In this document: piece after piece, positions 7,740 to 12,646 of the stretch | Layout of the letters: each line of letters begins with the position of its first letter | Numbering within the stretch: position 1 is the stretch's first letter | DNA from: a bacterium | GTDB taxonomy: Bacteria > Zhuqueibacterota > Zhuqueibacteria > Oceanimicrobiales > Oceanimicrobiaceae | DNA length: 12,646 bases | NCBI GenBank assembly: GCA_037446635.1 | Contig: JBBIIG010000090.1 | Span: forward strand, 1-12,646 | Direction: 5' to 3' | Notes under the pieces: generated by a model | What the model was told of the DNA's origin: nothing | What the model saw: the letters and a program-made list of their open reading frames with translations, nothing else | Databases searched by the model: none | Made by a program: the position numbers and the translations under genes

Positions 7740-7768
7740 TTGCATTTACTGGCGCGTTTTTCTATTTT
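7740..7768 (+). promoter_or_regulatory. Possible sigma70 promoter
   Basis: TTGCAT, 17-bp spacer, TATTTT, upstream of the GGGAGG RBS at 7795-7800. The context is AT-rich, so support is weak. Confidence 0.3.
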
Positions 7769-7806
7769 TTATCCCAATTTTTTCTTTCGAAAAAGGGAGG
7801 ACGAAA

Positions 7807-8014
7807 ATAGCACACAACTATTCCGGGCGCTTAGTAGCGGACATACTCAAGGAAAAGAAAGGACGAGTTAAACAAGCTCAATTACCATCCGGGTCGCCCG
7901 GCTGGGAGAATTTAGTCAGATGATTTGGCAAGATATTGAAGCCGGCGCCAAAGCAAACAAACCCGGCTTCAAAGTTGTTCGTAAGCTATTAACTGATAAG
8001 AGGTTGATCCATGA
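7807..8014 (+). pseudogene. Frameshifted small basic gene (~69 aa), polymorphic-toxin-tip-like
   Basis: RBS GGGAGG lies 6 nt before ATA at 7807. Frame 1 reads (M)AHNYSGRLVADILKEKKGRVKQAQLPSGSPGWE. A shift near 7909 continues FSQMIWQDIEAGAKANKPGFKVVRKLLTDKR. One more base near 8004 gives FDP*, with the TGA overlapping the next ATG (ATGA 8011-8014). Confidence 0.6.
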
Positions 8015-8310
8015 AAGATAATGTTTTCAACAAACTGCTGAGGTTCTTGGAAAAGATAGAGCAAATGGGTATGAGCTACACCCTTGCTCATCATCGCGAG
8101 GGCGCGGTGATGGTAATTATTGCGGTACCCGGAGAACGCTGGGAGGTGGAGTTTATGAACGATGGCTCTGTTGAAGTGGAGAGGTTTACGAGCAATGGGC
8201 AAATACACGATGAAAGCGCCCTCGAAGAGTTGTTTGAGAGATATGTAGAGCCAGCAGCGGAAACGGCCAATTCGCCTCAAGATGCCGAATTAGTTGCTGC
8301 AGAGCAATGA
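8011..8310 (+). CDS. Small acidic hypothetical protein, candidate immunity/antitoxin
   Basis: 99-aa ORF with AAGAGG upstream and motif AVMVIIAVPGERWEVEFMNDGSVEVERF. Acidic, lower GC than neighbours, coupled to the upstream pseudogene. Confidence 0.75.
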   Translation: MKDNVFNKLLRFLEKIEQMGMSYTLAHHREGAVMVIIAVPGERWEVEFMNDGSVEVERFTSNGQIHDESALEELFERYVEPAAETANSPQDAELVAAEQ

Positions 8311-8322
8311 ATGTTCTACGGC

Positions 8323-8342
8323 AATATTTTGATCAAAATATT
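8323..8342. promoter_or_regulatory. Perfect 20-bp palindrome, candidate operator upstream of sthA
   Basis: AATATTTTGATCAAAATATT ends 54 nt before the sthA ATG. Confidence 0.4.
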
Positions 8343-8396
8343 CCTTTTCGTTAGCCATATCTTGTTGCAAGACAATCTAAATCCCATCATTCGTAG

Positions 8397-9761
<1,365 letters not shown>

Positions 9762-9802
9762 TCCGAATTAATCATTTAATTTTTGAAACGGAAAGCGACG
9801 CA

Positions 9803-10606
9803 ATGAAACTTCTCTTCTCCGAGTACAAATCCGATTACAGCCACTACATTTTCCCCTACGCTATCTGGGCGATTCCGGAAAAAGGCGAAACCCCGGGGAT
9901 GATCTTCAATCGCGGCTTTTTGCCGGCGTCGCGGGAATTCGCCCATTTCTATTTATGCCGGCAGGTGCGAGTCGATCTCTCGCAATTCAGCCCCTCCTCC
10001 GAAAACCGCCGCATCATGCGCAAGTGTGAAGATATCCGGTTCCGGCTGGTTCCGCGCCCCCAGTTTGATTACACTCCGGACTGGCGGGAATTCTGCAAGC
10101 ACTACGCCGATATCAAATTCGGCAAAGACGTGATGAGCTACCAGCGCCTCGATTCCCTGTTCAACTCAAAAATCGTCACCCATCTTTTGTTGTTTACCGA
10201 TGGCGCCAGCAAAGACGACGTCGGAATTGTGACGCTCTATCTCGAAAAGAAAACCATGGCTTACTATTATTATTCTTTTTATGATTTGAACTACTACGAT
10301 CGCAACCTCGGCATGTTCATGATGACGTCCGCGGTGGATTTTTTCGCCAACGAAAAATTCGGCTACGTTTACCTGGGCTCCTGTTACTCCCGCAATGCCA
10401 TGTATAAAACGCAATTTTCCGGCGCCGAATTTTTTAACGGCCGCCACTGGTCGCAGGATTTGAAGGAGTTGAAATATCTGATCCAGCGCGACCAAAATCC
10501 AGTGACCCAGCATTTGATCGAAACCGAGGAGTACCGCGAAAAATTTTACGAGGGCCAACTTGCGAACATTGCCGATGCCAGCGACTTCACGATTCGGTTG
10601 GAATAG
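9803..10606 (+). CDS. ATE/Bpt-like aminoacyl-tRNA-protein transferase (GNAT-like fold)
   Basis: QVRVDLSQFSPSSENRRIMRK resembles the ATE N-domain end; YSFYDLNYYDRNLGMFMM, YVYLGSCYSRNAMYKTQF and EFFNGRHW resemble the ATE C-domain. Confidence 0.7.
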   Translation: MKLLFSEYKSDYSHYIFPYAIWAIPEKGETPGMIFNRGFLPASREFAHFYLCRQVRVDLSQFSPSSENRRIMRKCEDIRFRLVPRPQFDYTPDWREFCKHYADIKFGKDVMSYQRLDSLFNSKIVTHLLLFTDGASKDDVGIVTLYLEKKTMAYYYYSFYDLNYYDRNLGMFMMTSAVDFFANEKFGYVYLGSCYSRNAMYKTQFSGAEFFNGRHWSQDLKELKYLIQRDQNPVTQHLIETEEYREKFYEGQLANIADASDFTIRLE

Positions 10607-10616
10607 TGGCGAAAGA

Positions 10617-12335
10617 GTGCGTGAACAGGTAGGGTTACCTAAAAGGTCAGGCTTCTTGTCATGCCCGAATGCTTTTATCGGGCATCCAGTACGAGACCGC
10701 AGAAGATTTCCGCCAAAAGCATGCGGGAATGACAGCCGCCCGAGGATTTTTTTTGACAGCCCCCTCTTTCTTGCATTCATCGTCGATCTAATTTTCGTTT
10801 CTCTCCTTTTTCCGCAATCCCAAAACTTGGCAGTCGATCACTGGGCCTACTCCTTTCTCGATCGCCTCGAGACGCGCGGACTGTTTGCCAGCGAAACCTT
10901 CAGCGCCCGCCCTTTTTCCCGCGAGGCGGTTGGGCAGATTCTCGTTCAAATTCATAAAAAGATTGAGAACGATCCGCGCTTGCTGTCTGAAGCCGAGCGC
11001 CGCCTGTTCGAGCAGCTCAAAGGCGAATTTTATGAAGAAGTGGAACGCGCCGATTCAACGATTGTGATTGCCAAAAAAGATCGCGAGCGCCATCTGTTCA
11101 CCTGGCGCAGCCCGCTGGTCGATGTGCGCGGCGACGGCTTGCTGGGCAATCAAACGAAATTGGAATCGAAACGCGAGGTGGACAATACGGTCGCGAACTC
11201 AGTGAGCTACGTTGGATTATCTTTGCGGGTGGATATCAAAAAAAGTCTGGCCATTTTTGCCGAGGAACGCACCTTTTTTCTCAGCGAAACCGATAGTTTT
11301 TCAAATACGATTTTTAACCCGGGGTTGGGCCTGCCGGTGACGAGCGAGGCGCTGATTGATGTTGCGGTCACGGATAACATCTCAGCGTATGTGATTTTTC
11401 GAACACCGTGGCTGGATATTCAGGCGGGCCGCGATTTGATCGACTGGGGGCCGGGGTTTCGCGGCAATCTCCTGCTGTCCGGGAATTCCAACTACTATGA
11501 TCTTTTCAAATTCATGTTTCGATTCAAGAAATTCAATTTCGAATCGTTCCACGGGTTTTTGAATTCCGACCGCGCCAAATATTTGGCCGGCCACCGGCTG
11601 GAAATTCGGCTGTCTCGCAGCTTCTATTTTGCGATCTCAGAAACCGTAGTTTATGGCGATCGCGACGTGGAGTTTCTCTACTTCAATCCCTTTGTCCCCA
11701 TCATGTCAGCGGAGCGCCATCTCGGCAACCAGGACAACAACATGATCAGCTTTGACGCCACGCTGCTTCTCAAAAATCGCCTGCAGCTTTACGGCCAGAT
11801 TTTGTTGGACGATTTCAGTTTCGCCAAAAATATTTTTCACAACTTCGTTAACAAGTGGGGGGTTTTGGCAGGCGGATTGTGGGTGGATCCGTTTGGAATG
11901 AAAAACGCCGAGTTCCGTTTCGAGCTGACGCGCATCCAGCCCTTCGTTTACACGCATTTCAAAGAGATCAACACTTACACCAATTATAACAACGTCATTG
12001 GCCATTGGCTTGGTCCGGATTCCGATGATTTATATTTTGAGTTGGCGAAACAGGCGCACAAAAATCTACGTTTGGCGGTTTCGTGGGAACAGCGGCGAAG
12101 AGGTGAAGGCAACGATTTGACAAATAACGAGCCGCCGCCGGACAACCGCATCGATTTTCTCAGCGGCGTGGTGGAACGCAACCGCTACTACGGGTTTTCG
12201 GCGCAGTGGCAATTCATTCGTGACGGCTTTTTGGGTGTGGGCTACCACTACATCCAATCAAAAAATCTGCAGCGCCGCCAAGACGTGAACCAGAACAATC
12301 ACCGGCTGTTCATCAATTTTTCGCTGAATCATTGA
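10617..12335 (+). CDS. Capsule assembly Wzi-family outer-membrane protein with an in-frame MITE in its N-terminus
   Basis: Probable GTG start at 10617, 10 nt after the upstream stop. Motifs DHWAYSFLDRLETRG, RPFSRE, AGRDLIDWGPGFRGNLLLSGN, GHRLE, YFNPF, DNNMISFD, YGQILLDDF and IGHWLGPDSD. Beta-strand-like C-terminus. Confidence 0.85.
   Translation: MREQVGLPKRSGFLSCPNAFIGHPVRDRRRFPPKACGNDSRPRIFFDSPLFLAFIVDLIFVSLLFPQSQNLAVDHWAYSFLDRLETRGLFASETFSARPFSREAVGQILVQIHKKIENDPRLLSEAERRLFEQLKGEFYEEVERADSTIVIAKKDRERHLFTWRSPLVDVRGDGLLGNQTKLESKREVDNTVANSVSYVGLSLRVDIKKSLAIFAEERTFFLSETDSFSNTIFNPGLGLPVTSEALIDVAVTDNISAYVIFRTPWLDIQAGRDLIDWGPGFRGNLLLSGNSNYYDLFKFMFRFKKFNFESFHGFLNSDRAKYLAGHRLEIRLSRSFYFAISETVVYGDRDVEFLYFNPFVPIMSAERHLGNQDNNMISFDATLLLKNRLQLYGQILLDDFSFAKNIFHNFVNKWGVLAGGLWVDPFGMKNAEFRFELTRIQPFVYTHFKEINTYTNYNNVIGHWLGPDSDDLYFELAKQAHKNLRLAVSWEQRRRGEGNDLTNNEPPPDNRIDFLSGVVERNRYYGFSAQWQFIRDGFLGVGYHYIQSKNLQRRQDVNQNNHRLFINFSLNH
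10631..10763. mobile_element. 133-bp MITE-like element, copy 2 (intragenic, left TIR degenerate)
   Basis: Ungapped alignment to 2388-2520: identical tgtcatgcccgaatgcttttatcgggcatcca, near-identical ccgccaaaa.catgcgggaatgaca, right end ttttttttgacagcccc, left end decayed to agggttacctaaaagg. Confidence 0.85.
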
Positions 12336-12411
12336 CAAGACTCTTTTACGGCTAACGCCGGCGCCGGCGGCTCTTTGTCGAGGTTATTGGAGAGTCTCAC
12401 CTAAAGAGCAT

Positions 12412-12450
12412 TTGACATCAAATTTAAAAATCATTATATTCCCCTCGCCC
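12412..12450 (+). promoter_or_regulatory. Strong sigma70 promoter with a GC-rich discriminator (stable-RNA type), copy 1
   Basis: TTGACA (12412-12417), 17-bp spacer, TATATT (12435-12440), then CCCCTCGCCC, directly upstream of the tRNA. Confidence 0.85.
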
Positions 12451-12461
12451 AAAAGCGCTAA

Positions 12462-12554
12462 GGAGGGCTAGTCCTAATTGGTAAGGCAGCGGTCTTGTCC
12501 GCGCAGCGGATCCGCTGAGGCGGAAAAACCGCGGGGAGTAATCCCGTGCCTCCA
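12462..12554 (+). tRNA. tRNA-Ser(UGA)-derived gene: 27-nt insert in the anticodon, T-arm missing (probable pseudogene)
   Basis: Acceptor 5' strand GGAGGGC, then TA, D-arm GTCCTAATTGGTAAGGC, anticodon stem GCGGT/ACCGC with loop CTTG[27 nt]AAA, and long variable arm GGGA-GTAA-TCCC. GTG is then followed directly by CCTCCA, with no GTTCRA T-arm. Confidence 0.8.
12498..12524. mobile_element. 27-nt palindromic insert (two TCCGC-N3/4-GCGGA hairpins)
   Basis: Sequence tccgc-gca-gcgga + tccgc-tgag-gcgga. Removing it restores the canonical 7-nt loop CTTGAAA. Confidence 0.75.
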
Positions 12555-12591
12555 GGTGTTAGCGATCGCGCGTGTCCTTCAAATCCGCAAA

Positions 12592-12646
12592 AGCATTTGA
12601 CATCAAATTTAAAAATCATTATATTCCCCTCGCCCAAAAGCGCTAA
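12592..12646 (+). repeat. Exact 55-bp direct repeat of 12407-12461 (promoter plus tRNA leader), copy 2
   Basis: Identical to 12407-12461 at a 185-bp period. TTGACA at 12597-12602, TATATT at 12620-12625. The window ends exactly where a second tRNA would begin. Confidence 0.9.

Noticed and set aside
10560..10616. TTG 10560 or ATG 10575 as the start of the Wzi-like gene
   Set aside because: Both overlap the upstream CDS. GTG 10617, just after its stop, is more parsimonious, though ATG 10575 is not excluded.
12332..12376. TTGACA at the Wzi-like stop codon and the GC hairpin cgccg-gcgc-cggcg
   Set aside because: No acceptable -10 box at 16-18 bp, and the short stem with a weak U-tract is insufficient to call a terminator.
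12462..12554. tRNA-Sec or a group I intron-containing tRNA
   Set aside because: The restored anticodon is TGA (Ser), not TCA, and 27 nt is far too short for a group I ribozyme.
12578..12586. TTCAAATCC as a displaced T-loop of the tRNA
   Set aside because: It is preceded by CC rather than GG, so no T-stem can form, and no acceptor 3' strand follows.

Overview
Bacterial window with GC-rich coding regions and AT-rich, repeat-filled spacers. The left half (minus strand) encodes a MacA-like periplasmic adaptor, two tandem MacB/FtsX-type ABC permeases with no ATPase gene, a one-POTRA Omp85-family protein and a truncated secreted protein (DUF4390-like) absent from the ORF track. The right half (plus strand) encodes a DUF971 protein, a DUF2784 protein, a decayed small gene coupled to an intact small acidic ORF (toxin-tip/immunity-like), sthA, an ATE/Bpt-like aminoacyl-transferase, a Wzi-family outer-membrane protein and a disrupted tRNA-Ser(UGA) behind a duplicated sigma70 promoter. 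The most notable signals involve small palindromic selfish DNA. (1) A 133-bp MITE occurs twice, and one copy sits in frame inside the signal-peptide region of the Wzi-like gene. (2) A 27-nt double-hairpin (TCCGC-N-GCGGA) insert splits the tRNA-Ser anticodon, and that tRNA copy also lacks its T-arm. (3) Several REP-like hairpin pairs and 7/8-mer arrays fill most spacers. All family assignments come from recognising motifs by eye; no searches were run.
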